Shown: piece after piece, positions 1 through 10,475 of the stretch
Layout: each line of letters begins with the position of its first letter
How positions within the stretch are numbered: position 1 is the stretch's first letter
From: an uncultured Gemmatimonadaceae bacterium
GTDB taxonomy: Bacteria > Gemmatimonadota > Gemmatimonadetes > Gemmatimonadales > Gemmatimonadaceae
Length of the DNA stretch: 64,000 nt
Direction: 5' to 3'
Assembly (NCBI GenBank): GCA_963761305.1
Contig: CAVXGK010000001.1
Span: 1,727,417 to 1,791,416, forward strand
Notes under the pieces: generated by a model
The model's database searches: none
Told to the model about the DNA's origin: nothing
The model's input: only the letters and a program-made list of their open reading frames with translations
Position numbers and translations under genes: made by a program

Positions 1-57
1 GGCTTTTCTTTCGCGCCGATCGCGATATCCTGACACGACACAACAACGGCTCGGCCA

Positions 58-429
58 ATGTCATCGATGCACCGCACCATCACCGGCGACGTACTGGTTC
101 AGCACCTCGCGTCCGACGTGATGACGATCGACCAGCATCTCCTGGCGACGCATGGCCGGAGCGCGCGAACGCTGGTGAAGGAGGGTCCGCTCCGCCTCAC
201 GATCATGGGACTCGCCGCCGGCGGAGAACTGCCGCCCCACAGCACCGACAATCCGGTATCGATTCAGGTCATCCGGGGCGACGTCACGTTCTTCGCCCTC
301 GAGAAAGCGTACGCGCTCGTCGCCGGCGACGTCCTGATCTTCGCGCCCGGCGTCGAACACGCCGCACGGTCAAACGCCGGCGCGTCCTTCTTACTCACCG
401 TCGCGTTCGTCCGCAGTTCGGGCGAATAG
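58..429 (+). CDS. Cupin-domain protein
   Basis: Cupin motifs GGELPPHS...IQVIRGDV and GDVLIFAPGVEHA. Confidence 0.85.
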   Translation: MSSMHRTITGDVLVQHLASDVMTIDQHLLATHGRSARTLVKEGPLRLTIMGLAAGGELPPHSTDNPVSIQVIRGDVTFFALEKAYALVAGDVLIFAPGVEHAARSNAGASFLLTVAFVRSSGE

Positions 430-449
430 ATCTCGTTTAGACGTCGTGC

Positions 450-853
450 GCGCCGTCTAAAGCCCGGGGCTCGGAGTGGGACTGTCCTCCGCGGACCGCT
501 CGCAGTATTGCCGATACTGCCGGCAATACTGCAACGGCTCCGCTCCGGACAGCCCCACCCGCTCGCCCCCGCGAGTCGGCGAACGACAGACTGCGAGCGT
601 GCGTCGGCGCGCGTCGCGCTCACCGGCGCGCGCAGGACACCGCGACCGCAGGACGTGCGCGCGCGTGACGCCACGACCGCAGGAGGACGCGCGCGCGCGC
701 GCTTGCGGCACCCAGACGGAACCTCACGCGCCCACGGAGGCAGCGCCCGAGACGACCCGGGGTCTGGAGCGCGAGCCGTTGCAGTATTGCCGGCCGTATC
801 GGCAATACTGCGAGCGGTCGCGCGGAACGACCCCGGGCGGCTCGGGCGCGTGA
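450..853. repeat. ~400-bp palindromic intergenic element, copy 1
   Basis: 47-bp inverted repeats at 494-540 and 773-819 (one mismatch). Each contains GCAGTATTGCCG-N7-CGGCAATACTGC. Ends are near-identical to 3699-4062. Confidence 0.9.
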
Positions 854-953
854 CACACACGCGAGATCAATGTCGACGACCGGCCCGATGACCCGCGTGG
901 GTCGCACGCAAGAGAGGCGGCCGCTACATTAGCGCGTCGTTTCCCTCCCTCGC

Positions 954-3656
954 GTGAACTCGGTTCGCGACCAGCTCCAACGCTCACTCGGCACCGCGTA
1001 CGTCCTCGATCGTGAGATCGGGCGCGGCGGCATGGCCACCGTCTACTTGGCGCGCGACGTCAAGCACGACCGGAGCGTCGCGCTCAAGGTCCTCGATCCC
1101 GAGCTCGGCGCCGTCCTCGGCGGCGAGCGATTCCTCAGCGAGATTCGCGTCACCGCCGGCCTGCAGCATCCAAACCTGCTGCCGCTGTTCGACTCCGGCG
1201 AAGCGGAAGGACTGCTGTTCTACGTCATGCCGTTCGTCGAAGGCGAAACCCTTCGACATCGACTAGACCGCGAAAAGCAATTGCCGGTGGAGGAAGCGGT
1301 GCGCATCGCCGCCGGTGTGGCCAACGCGCTCGACTACGCGCACCAACACGGCGTGATCCATCGGGATCTCAAGCCCGAGAACATCCTGCTCCAACACGGG
1401 CAGCCGATGGTCGCCGACTTCGGCATCGCGTTGGCCGTCTCCAACGCCGGCGGCGCCCGCGTCACACAGACCGGATTGTCGCTCGGGACACCGCAGTACA
1501 TGTCACCCGAGCAAGCGACCGGCGATCGAGTGATCGACGCCCGCACCGACATCTACTCTCTCGGCGCGGTCACCTACGAGATGCTCGCCGGCGAGGCGCC
1601 TCATAGCGGCAACAGTGCGCAGGCAATCATCGCCAAGCTCATGACGACGGAGCCGCAGCCGGTGCGCACGCTGCGGCCGAGCGTGCCGCCGAACGTCGCG
1701 ATGGCGGTGGAGAAAGCGCTGGCGAAGCTGCCGGCCGACCGTTTCGGATCGGCGAAAGCGTTCGCCGACGCATTGCTCGATCCCCGTTTCGCGACCGGCA
1801 CGCGCTCGGTTCCGACGGCAGCGACGCAGCGACGGCGGTTCGCCGATGTGGCGATCGGCGCCGTCGCCGCCGTCTCGATTCTCGCCGCCGGTTGGGCATG
1901 GATGCGACCCGCGTCGCCGGCGCCTTCCGCAGTGCGGCGATACAACATCGAGCTCGATTCCGCCGAGTCGCTGATTCCGACCGGGCGATGGGGTCGCGTG
2001 GCGATCTCGCCGGATGGATCCACCATCGTCTACGTCGGCGGTCCGAACAACGCCCTGATGCTGCGGCGCCGCGACGAGCTCCATGCCAAGGAGATCCCCG
2101 GCGCGGAGGCAGCGGGCGCCCCGTTCTTTTCTCCGGACGGAAAGCGCGTCGGATTCATCCAGCATGCGTCGCGATTGATGATCGTCGCGCTCGATGGCAG
2201 CCCGCCGGTTTTCGTGACCGATTCGCTCATCGGCCTCGCCGGCCTGGCCTGGGGCCCCGACGACATGATCTACGCCGATGGCGAGGGACAGACGCCCTTG
2301 GTGCGCGTGGCGGCGCGCGCCGGCGCGAAACCGCAGTTCTTCACCGTGCTGGACACGGCGGCCGGCGAGGAGGACGAGCTCCTGCCGAGCGTCCTTCCGG
2401 ACAACCGGGGCATTCTGTTCACCGCCGAGCTTCACCCCCGCGACGGCGGCGCAATTCATCACGCGATCGAGATCGCCGACCGAAGCTCCGGCGAGCACCA
2501 CGTGCTCATCGACAACGCGAACTTGGCTCGGTACGCCGCGCCCGGGTACCTGGTCTACGTCACCACGGCTCGCGCGCTCATGGTCGTGCCGTTCGATCCG
2601 TCGGCGCGAAAGATCACCGGCAGCCCCGTGCTGCTGGCCAACGACATCTCGCCCGAATACGTGTCGATCGACGTCGCCGTCTCGCGGACGGGAACGCTAC
2701 TATATGTCGGCGGCGGTGGCGGCGCCGCGGTCGGGCGCGACCTTGTTTGGGTCGACCGCGACGGCAGAGAACAGCGTGTCGACTCATCGTGGCACGGCGC
2801 GTTCTCCGATCCGGCGATCTCGCCTGACGGGAAGCGGCTTGCCGTCACGAGCGGCCTTTCGTTGCCGGATGTCGTTGTCGCGCGCGGTACGGCTCCCCCC
2901 GTGCTGCGCGGGGCCGGAGACATCTGGGTTCGGCGGCTCGACAACGGCGTGTTGTCCAAGCTGAGCGTCGAAGGGGGCGTCAACCGTTTTCCAGCTTGGT
3001 CCGCCGATGGCAAGTCGGTGTTGTACTCGGGAGGCGTGAACAGCCAGACGATCCTCGAGAAGCAAGCCGACGGCGGCACACCTCCTGTCGTTCGAGTTCA
3101 GACGAATCAGTACCTCGGGGCGACTGTCGAATCGCCGGATGGGCAGTGGCTCGTGTACCAGCAAGGCGCGGGCAACGTGAACACGCATCTGCTTGCCCGC
3201 CGCCGAGGCGACAGCGCCTCGGCGCCGCTCTTCCGCGGGACGGGTGCCACGCGGACCCCGGCCCTCTCGCCGGACGGGAAGTGGCTTGCCTATGCGTCGA
3301 ACGAGACCAACGGGGAGGGAGGGACGTACGAGGTGTTCGTCGTGCCGTTTCCAAACGTCAGCGCGGCGAAATGGCAGGTCTCGCGCGACGGGGGCACCGA
3401 TCCGCAATGGTCGAACCGCGGGGACGAGCTGTTTTACCGCGACAAGGATCGTTTTCTCACGTCGGTTCCCGTGTCGACGCGCCCGACGTTTTCAGCGGGA
3501 GCACCCAAGCGTCTGTTTTCGACGGCGCCATATCTTCTCGGATATGCGATCGAGCACGACGACTTGCGATTTCTCATGGTGCGACGGACGGGCGGGGAGT
3601 CGCGAGAACAGCTGAGCGTGTTCGAGAACTGGATGCAGGCCGTGCGACCCAAGTAA
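954..3656 (+). CDS. Hanks-type Ser/Thr protein kinase with TM helix and C-terminal TolB/PD40-like beta-propeller
   Basis: GRGGMATVY, VALK, HRDLKPEN, DFG and GTPQYMSPE motifs; hydrophobic helix; repeated SPDG/SADG blades. Confidence 0.95.
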   Translation: MNSVRDQLQRSLGTAYVLDREIGRGGMATVYLARDVKHDRSVALKVLDPELGAVLGGERFLSEIRVTAGLQHPNLLPLFDSGEAEGLLFYVMPFVEGETLRHRLDREKQLPVEEAVRIAAGVANALDYAHQHGVIHRDLKPENILLQHGQPMVADFGIALAVSNAGGARVTQTGLSLGTPQYMSPEQATGDRVIDARTDIYSLGAVTYEMLAGEAPHSGNSAQAIIAKLMTTEPQPVRTLRPSVPPNVAMAVEKALAKLPADRFGSAKAFADALLDPRFATGTRSVPTAATQRRRFADVAIGAVAAVSILAAGWAWMRPASPAPSAVRRYNIELDSAESLIPTGRWGRVAISPDGSTIVYVGGPNNALMLRRRDELHAKEIPGAEAAGAPFFSPDGKRVGFIQHASRLMIVALDGSPPVFVTDSLIGLAGLAWGPDDMIYADGEGQTPLVRVAARAGAKPQFFTVLDTAAGEEDELLPSVLPDNRGILFTAELHPRDGGAIHHAIEIADRSSGEHHVLIDNANLARYAAPGYLVYVTTARALMVVPFDPSARKITGSPVLLANDISPEYVSIDVAVSRTGTLLYVGGGGGAAVGRDLVWVDRDGREQRVDSSWHGAFSDPAISPDGKRLAVTSGLSLPDVVVARGTAPPVLRGAGDIWVRRLDNGVLSKLSVEGGVNRFPAWSADGKSVLYSGGVNSQTILEKQADGGTPPVVRVQTNQYLGATVESPDGQWLVYQQGAGNVNTHLLARRRGDSASAPLFRGTGATRTPALSPDGKWLAYASNETNGEGGTYEVFVVPFPNVSAAKWQVSRDGGTDPQWSNRGDELFYRDKDRFLTSVPVSTRPTFSAGAPKRLFSTAPYLLGYAIEHDDLRFLMVRRTGGESREQLSVFENWMQAVRPK

Positions 3657-3698
3657 GGAGCGCTGAGGTTCCGCGGCTACACCAGGCTCGTCCGAGGT

Positions 3699-4062
3699 GC
3701 GCCGCCTATAGTCCGGGGCTCGGGGTGGGACTGTCCTCCGCGGACCGCTCGCAGTATTGCCGATACTGCCGGCAATACTGCAACGGCTCCGCTCCGGACA
3801 GCCCCACCCGCTCGCCCACTCGAATCGCCGAACGACAGACTGCGAGCGCGCGTTGCCCGCGCATCGCGCTCACCGGCGCGCGCGTGACACCGCGACCGCG
3901 GGCCGGCGCGCACGCGGGCGCACCAGCGGAGCGTCGCGCGCACACGGAGGCAGCGCCCGAGACGGCCCGGGGTCTGGAGCGCGAGCCGTTGCAGTATTGC
4001 CGGCAGTATCGGCAATACTGCGAGCGGTCGCGCGGAACGACCCGGGCGGCTCGGACGCGTGA
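3699..4062. repeat. ~360-bp palindromic intergenic element, copy 2
   Basis: Perfect 47-bp inverted repeats at 3743-3789 and 3983-4029. Direct repeat of 450-853 with a diverged middle. Confidence 0.9.
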
Positions 4063-4140
4063 TCGCCGGCTCGGCGCGTGACCGCCGGCTCCAGCGGGCG
4101 ATCCTAACGGTCCTCCGCCACCGCTCGTATCCTTAGCAAC

Positions 4141-7100
4141 ATGAGCATCTTCCCGTCACTCACGCAGCGCCGCATCGGCGCCCGCGCCGCGGCCATCACC
4201 GCCGCCGCGCTCATTGCCCTCGTCGCTCCGTCACTCCGGGCCCAGGCGTCCGTGAACGAGACGCGCGACCCGAATCAGCGCCAGGATCCCGAGTTCGCCA
4301 CGTTCTACAAGGCATGGACGCACCACGGGAGTCCGCTCGTCGATCACCTCCCGGTCGTCTCAGGCGTCCCCTCGCCGAAGCAGTTCTTCGGCTACTACAT
4401 CGGCGCGCCGGCCAAGCTCACGTACTACGACAAGATCGTCGCGTACTACCGAGCGCTCGCCAAGGCGACGCCGAGGGTCAAAGTCGAGACGATCGGCCGG
4501 TCGGACGAAGGACGCGAACTCGTCGTCGTGTGGGTGTCGTCGGACGAGAACATCAAGCATCTCGCTCAGAACCGCGCGAACCTCGGCAAGCTGGCCGATC
4601 CGCGCGGGCTCGCGGATCCTCAAGTTCGTGAGCTGATCGCCACGACGAAGCCGAACTACCATTTCCTCGGCTGTCTGCACTCGGGTGAGACCGGTCCGTG
4701 CGAGATGCTCATGGAGCTCGTCTATCGCCTCGCCACCGAGACGTCGCCGCTCATCACGCAGATCCGGAACAACGTGATCGTGTCGGTATCGCCGGCCGCC
4801 GAACCTGACGGACGCGATCGCAACGTCGACTGGTTCTATCATGGCCTGGACATGAAGGCGCAGTTCGGCGCGGCCGACTCGGTCGCGGCGTTGGACAGCG
4901 CGCGCGCCGACAGTTCGCGCGCGAATCGCGCCGCTCCCGGAGCGCCGGCCGGAGCGGGAGCGCCAACGGGTGCAGCGCCGCCAGGTGGTGGACGGGGCGG
5001 TCGTGGCGGGGGCGGACGGCGGGGGTCGTGGAGGCGCGCCGGCCGGCGCTGACTGACACGGCGGGCGCCGGTCGTGGCGGTCCACCGGCCGGTGGCGGCG
5101 GCGGGCGCGGTGGAAATCTCGAGGGCGGCCTGCCGTACTGGGGCAAGTACGTCTTTCACGACAACAATCGCGACATCAACCTCTCGCAGTTGGAGATGCG
5201 CGCGATCACCGATTGGTACTTCACGGCGCATCCGCCGATCATCCACGATCTGCACGAAGCGCAAGCGCTGCTGTACACCTTCAGCGGCGGTCCGCCGCAG
5301 AACCCGAACCTCGACCCGATTCTCTTCACCGAGCTGCCGTTCTTCGCGAATTACGAGCTCGAGCAGATGACGAAGTACGGGATGCCCGGCGTGTACACGT
5401 ACGCGTTCATGGACGGGTGGTCGCCAGGCTACCTGGGTTCCGTGGCGTACAATCACAACGGCATGATGAAGATGTACGAAACCCAGTCCGGTCGCGACAT
5501 CCCTGCCGACTCGATGGCCGACAGCATCATGTACGCGACGCCGCGCGGTCGGGGCGGTGCGTTCGGCGGAGCAGGCGCCGGCGGATTCGGCGGCCGAGCG
5601 ACGATTCCGACCGGCAAGGGCGGCAGCCAGGACCGCGAGTGGTATCGCGGGCTCGCTTTGCCGCCGAACGGCGTCGGGACGTTCACCCGCCGCGACAACA
5701 CAAACTACATGGAAACGGGCGTCCTGTCGGCACTCCAGCTGACGTCCATGTTTCCGCAGATGGTATTGCAGAACTTTTATCTCAAGACAAAGCACTCGCT
5801 CGACGATGGCTCGGCCAAGGCACCGTACGCGTTCGTGCTTCCGGCAGCGCCGGACATGACGAAGCCGGCCACACTCATCAACGTCCTTCGCGCGCAGGGC
5901 ATCGAGGTCGGCACACTCAAGAACGTCGCGGTCGCCGGCAAGGACACCTTCCCGGCCGGCTCGTACGTGATCAAGCTGAACCAACCGTACGGACGCCTGG
6001 CCAAGAATCTTCTCGAGAAACAGGTCTTCCCCGACCCCGCGCTCACCACGTACGACGACAGCGGCTGGTCGATGGGCTGGGCGTTCGGCGTCGCCGTGAA
6101 GCAGGTCGACGACAAGTCGATCCTCGACGCGGCCGTGACACCGGTGAACGTCGCCGTCGTAAAAGGCACCGTGGCCGGCAGCGGCGCCGCCGGACTCGCC
6201 GTCGCCCACCTCGGCTCCAACAACATGATCGCCTTCCGCTTTTTGCTGAAGAGCGTCGCGATGAAGGTGGCCGAGGCGCCGTTCTCGGCGGAGGGTGTGA
6301 AGTTCCCGGCGGGTTCGTTCATCGTCACCGGATCGCCGGCCGACCTCTCCGCGGCCAAGCACGCTGTCGACTCGCTTGGTCTCACCGCCGCGGCGCTGTC
6401 CGCGCTACCGACCGTGGCCACGCACGACGCCAACGTGCCGCGCGTCGCCGTCTACTCGCAGTGGAGCGGTACCCAGGAGTTGGGCTGGTATCGCTTCACG
6501 TTCGACGAGTTCCACGTTCCCTACGACCTGATCTTCAAGGAGCGCGTCGAGCAGGGGAATCTCAAGAAGGATTACGACGTCATCGTGATGGCGGCGCAGA
6601 ACGTCAATCGCGCCGCTGTATTCGCCAAGAAGGCAGCGCATCCGCAGCCCTACGCCCAGAGCGACAAGTACAAGTTCCTCGGCATGTACGGCTCGACGCC
6701 CGACATGAGCGGCGGCTTCGGCCAGCCGGGGGTCGACGCGATCAATGCGTTCCTCGACGCCGGCGGCACGCTCATTACCGCCGTTCAGTCGGCGCGCTAC
6801 CCGATCGAGTTCGGACTCGCCCGGTCCGTCGACACGGAGAATCCGGCGGGCGTCACGGCCCAGAAGCCGCTCGTGATGGCGAAGATCACGCGCACCGACA
6901 GCCCCATCTTCTACGGCTACGCCAGCGACACGATTCCGATCAAGTTCGGCCAGGGCTCGCAGTTGTTCCACGTTGGCGTCGCCGACTCCGCCAACGTGCT
7001 GGCCGAGTATGTAGGCGGCGACGCGTCAGTGTTGAGCGGATTGATGACGGGCGCCGACAACCTCCGCAACCGCGCCTTCGCCATCGACATCCCGAAGGCG

Positions 7101-7268
7101 TACGACGGTCACGGCCGGGTGCTGATGTTCGCCAACAATCCTGTCTATCGGTGGCAGAATCATGGGGAGTTCAACATGATCTTCAACGCGATCGTGAACT
7201 GGGATGATCCTACGCCGGCGAAGAATGAAGGGAGCGCGACGCAGGCTGGGAGAGCGGTGCGGCCGTAG
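4141..7268 (+). CDS. Secreted M14-family zinc carboxypeptidase (frameshift near 5030 joins ORFs 4141-5052 and 5028-7268)
   Basis: Signal peptide; IGRSDEGR; HSGE (HxxE zinc ligands); PDG; DNNRD; DLHE. The frameshift lies in a Gly-rich GC run. Confidence 0.85.
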
Positions 7269-7299
7269 TCTCACGGCCGCAGTGTCGGACGGCGCTGAG

Positions 7300-7474
7300 C
7301 ATTTCCTCACAGCTCTTGCTCATAGCTCCTGCTCACAGCTCATGCTCGAGGCTAGGCTCGCCCCCCGTGTCCGAGAAGTCGGCCATGAGGGTTCCCAGGT
7401 GGCTATTCGGGCATCTCGGATCATCGGCCCGAGCTTAGCCATGAGCCAAGAAGCTTGAGCATGAGCCGTGAGCC
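7300..7474. repeat. Imperfect palindromic intergenic repeat built of GCTC/GAGC units
   Basis: GCTCN2-4 units on the left mirror GAGC units on the right; the right half recurs at 9641-9728. Confidence 0.6.
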
Positions 7475-7507
7475 TTCGGCCTTCGGCCGCGGCTGCTGCG
7501 GACGCGA

Positions 7508-9556
7508 TTACGGGATGTTGCTTCCGCCGAGGGCGTTGTTCGTGAAGACGTTTCCGGCGGACGCCACCGGCGTCGGAGTGACTGCGCCGCTCAGCTCCAC
7601 GAACAGGCCCCACCCTGCCCCATCATGAACATTAGAGTTCGTGAGTTTGAGCGTTGCGCCGCTGAAGACGTCGATCGTCGCCGCGCGGGCGGGTCCAGGA
7701 GCTCCGCCGCCGTACGCGACCTCGGTGAACGTCAGTTCGTTCGCGGAGCTTGCCGTCTGAAAGACTAGACCCTGCCAGTATCCTGGCGTCGACTGCTGGC
7801 CCAAGAACCGAATGCGAGACGTGGACGTCCCGATCGCCGTGAGCGTCCCCGACATGATTGTCCAGCCCCCGCCGGCCGCGACGAGAATCGTGGTTCCCGG
7901 CACCAACGTAAGTCTTCCGGAGATGGTCGTCTGTCCGTTGGTGCGGATCGGGATACTCGTAATGCTCCACGTCTGGTTGGTCGACACACCGAACGCGGTG
8001 GCGTCGACGTAGGCGGCGCCGTTCCCGGTGGCATAGTCCGACCCGGCGTCGAGAGAGCCGACGAGTTGGTCGGTCACGCGGACGCCGGCATCCACGTTGT
8101 TGCGGAAAGTGTTCGCCGAGAACCCCGGGAGAGTCGCCAACGCGGTGGCGTAGAGCCCGACGCCGGCGCTCTGCTCCAGAACCGAATTGTCGAGCTGGAG
8201 TGAAGCGGAATTTCCGACTGAAACGTCGGCGAGATTGCTGCCCGTCCCACCGCCGCCGTACGAGACGCTGGCGAAGCTCAAGCGATTAGAAGGATTGTTC
8301 GTCAGAATACTCAAGCCGCGCCAAAATCCGCGTTGTTGTTTTTCGGCTGAGAATTGAATTCGGTTTGTCGCTGTCCCCACTGCGGACAGGCTTCCTCCCG
8401 TCGCGACGGTCATTCCCGCATCCGCGCCAAACTGGACGTTCGCGCCGGCCGCGATGCCAAGGTCCGCCGAGACATTCACTTGCCCGGTGAGGTGAATGGG
8501 CGTCGTCGTCACAAACCACGTCTGAGGCGTGGAGACGCCGAATGCGAACGCGTCGATGAACTGGATTCCGTTTCCGGTCGAGTAGCTCGACGCATTGTCG
8601 AGTGTTCCGAGCAAACGATCGGGCAGGTGAATCCCGGCACCGGTGTTGTTCCGCATCGTGTCCGCGCTGAACGGTCCGAGGGCGGCGAGGGTGTCGAGAT
8701 ACAGGCCGAGAGCCCCGCTCTGTTCGAGAACCGAGTGCGACAGGTTGAGTTGCGGGGTGCCGATGACGGCCACGTCTGCCGCGTGCGCGGTTCCATCGCC
8801 GCCGCCATACGAGACGGTTGTGTAACTCAGGTCGTTCGCGACGTCGTTCGCGAAGAAGCTTATTCCCTTCCAGTAGCCGCGCACGGTCTGGTCGCCGGTG
8901 AGGCGAATGCCCGCCGTCGGTGTCCCGAAGGCGCCGATGCTTCCACCGTTGGCGACCGTCAGCCCGGCGCCTGCCGCGAACGAGACAACGGTTCCCGGCA
9001 TGATTGTCAGTCGTCCCCTCACGTTGATCGCGGCGGTGACGTGAAAGTGCACGCAACCAACGGTGCCTGCGGCCCACGTCGTCGGATTGTCGATGTCTTG
9101 CGCGACAGTCGTCGGCGCTGGGCACGCCGTGGGTGTCGTCAAACTCGCGACGTTGGAATAGGCGCTCGTGCCGGCGCTTCCGACGGCACGAACTCTATAG
9201 TTGTAGAGTGTGTTCGCCGCCAAGGCGGTGTCGCTGTACGTGGTCGCGCCGGGCGCTGTCGTGGCAAGGAGGTTGAACGTGCCACTTCCGCCGCTGCTCC
9301 GTTCGACCTGGAACCCGGTCTCATTTGAAGAATTGCGAGTCCAGGTAAGCGTGACCGAAGACGCGGATGTCGACGTCGCCGCGAGCCCGGTCGGCGCCGC
9401 GGGGATTGTCGGTGCCGGTGTCGTCGAGGTCGTGTCGGGCGGGGTTGTAGTCCGAGTCGCGTCGGAGCTACCGCCGCAGGCCGAGACGCAGACAATCCAC
9501 AGACCCAACGTGGCGCAGCTGAGGGAGCGTAACAGGGCGGGTTTGGAGCGGTGCAT
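7508..9556 (-). CDS. Lipoprotein with FN3 domain and repeated beta-helix-like modules
   Basis: Lipobox VSAC; Thr/Pro linker; FN3 signature (LTW...GFQVERS...YNYRVRA); three repeats of 'G(Y/F)W(K/R/Q)G...N.L....V.YGGG'. Confidence 0.85.
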   Translation of the reverse strand: MHRSKPALLRSLSCATLGLWIVCVSACGGSSDATRTTTPPDTTSTTPAPTIPAAPTGLAATSTSASSVTLTWTRNSSNETGFQVERSSGGSGTFNLLATTAPGATTYSDTALAANTLYNYRVRAVGSAGTSAYSNVASLTTPTACPAPTTVAQDIDNPTTWAAGTVGCVHFHVTAAINVRGRLTIMPGTVVSFAAGAGLTVANGGSIGAFGTPTAGIRLTGDQTVRGYWKGISFFANDVANDLSYTTVSYGGGDGTAHAADVAVIGTPQLNLSHSVLEQSGALGLYLDTLAALGPFSADTMRNNTGAGIHLPDRLLGTLDNASSYSTGNGIQFIDAFAFGVSTPQTWFVTTTPIHLTGQVNVSADLGIAAGANVQFGADAGMTVATGGSLSAVGTATNRIQFSAEKQQRGFWRGLSILTNNPSNRLSFASVSYGGGGTGSNLADVSVGNSASLQLDNSVLEQSAGVGLYATALATLPGFSANTFRNNVDAGVRVTDQLVGSLDAGSDYATGNGAAYVDATAFGVSTNQTWSITSIPIRTNGQTTISGRLTLVPGTTILVAAGGGWTIMSGTLTAIGTSTSRIRFLGQQSTPGYWQGLVFQTASSANELTFTEVAYGGGAPGPARAATIDVFSGATLKLTNSNVHDGAGWGLFVELSGAVTPTPVASAGNVFTNNALGGSNIP

Positions 9557-9640
9557 CGGTTCTCAGGGGGGCGGTTCGGTAGTGGCGGGTCGGCGGGCCT
9601 AGCAGTACGACGCGCGAGCGCCCGCAACCGTCAACTGCTC

Positions 9641-9728
9641 CCATGAGGGCATAACGTGGTTGGCGGGCATCTCGGATGTTTGCGCGAGCTCAGCCTAGAG
9701 CAGGAAGCTCGAGCAGGAGCCGTCAGCC
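9641..9728. repeat. Partial copy of the 7383-7474 repeat
   Basis: Shared blocks CCATGAGGG, CGGGCATCTCGGAT, CGAGCT(T/C)AGCC and GAAGCT(T/C)GAGCA(T/G)GAGCCGT(G/C)AGCC. Confidence 0.7.
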
Positions 9729-9771
9729 GGCGGTGCCGAACGGCGCTGAGGCGCGTTTGACAACGTCCCGC

Positions 9772-10356
9772 TCAGCCCAGTGGCGCGCCGTCGGCAACCG
9801 ATGCGAAGAATGCTCCCACGTCGAGCTCGAACGCTGTCGGCGCGCCACTCGGTGACCACGTGAGCGTGCCGTCGACGAGGGCCGGGCGCTCGTCCGCCGA
9901 ATGCCAAATCTCGAACACCGCCGCGTCCGCGTCGACGATCCAGTACTCCGGTAGGGCATTGCGCTGAAACGCTCGACGCTTCGTGATCCGGTCGTGGCGC
10001 GATGATCCGGGAGAGAGCACTTCGCAAATGAGCAGCGGGTCGGCTCGATCAGCGTCGGCAGGTGGTCGTCGTCCCTCGACAGCCGGGAGCACGAACAGAT
10101 CCGGCTCGTAGCGTTCACCGGTGACGAGCGGCAGCTCGCCCGGGCCGAGCACGATTTCACCGAGCTTGTGGCGAGTGAGGTACGGCGCCAGCAGCAGTGC
10201 GAGTTGCAGAATGATCCGCTGATGCCGCACGCTGGGCGCCGGCGTCACGAGCAGCTCCCCGCCCACGAGCTCGTACCGCGGCGTAAGACCCGGACGCTCG
10301 TCGATGAGCTGATCGACTTCCGCTCGCGTCCAGCGATGCTGGCGTACCGCTGACAT
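9772..10356 (-). CDS. Uma2-family putative restriction endonuclease
   Basis: RYELVGGELLVTPAP...HQ, EPDL, EVLSPGS...DRITKR and EYWIVD motifs; start taken at ATG 10356. Confidence 0.9.
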   Translation of the reverse strand: MSAVRQHRWTRAEVDQLIDERPGLTPRYELVGGELLVTPAPSVRHQRIILQLALLLAPYLTRHKLGEIVLGPGELPLVTGERYEPDLFVLPAVEGRRPPADADRADPLLICEVLSPGSSRHDRITKRRAFQRNALPEYWIVDADAAVFEIWHSADERPALVDGTLTWSPSGAPTAFELDVGAFFASVADGAPLG

Positions 10357-10475
10357 GGCCACAATCTGCTCGGCGATCGAATCCGTCCGCAACTCGGCAC
10401 GCAACAACATGACGATGCGCTTGATCCTGACCGCCTAGGACGACCGCCGCTCGCCGCGACGTCCCTTGCGCCGCC

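Noticed and set aside
457..987. ORFs encoding CRYCRQYC 'Cys-rich' peptides (also at 3677-4081)
   Set aside because: They are translations of the palindromic DNA repeat and appear on both strands; not credible metal-binding proteins.
494..4029. 47-bp repeats as a CRISPR array
   Set aside because: The copies alternate in orientation and are 190-2900 bp apart; no regular spacers and no cas genes.
4839..7207. Long alternative-frame or antisense ORFs (e.g. 5213-7207, 4839-6362; also 10656-11924, 18076-19197)
   Set aside because: Shadow ORFs of GC-rich coding sequence, Arg/Ala-biased, overlapping well-supported genes.
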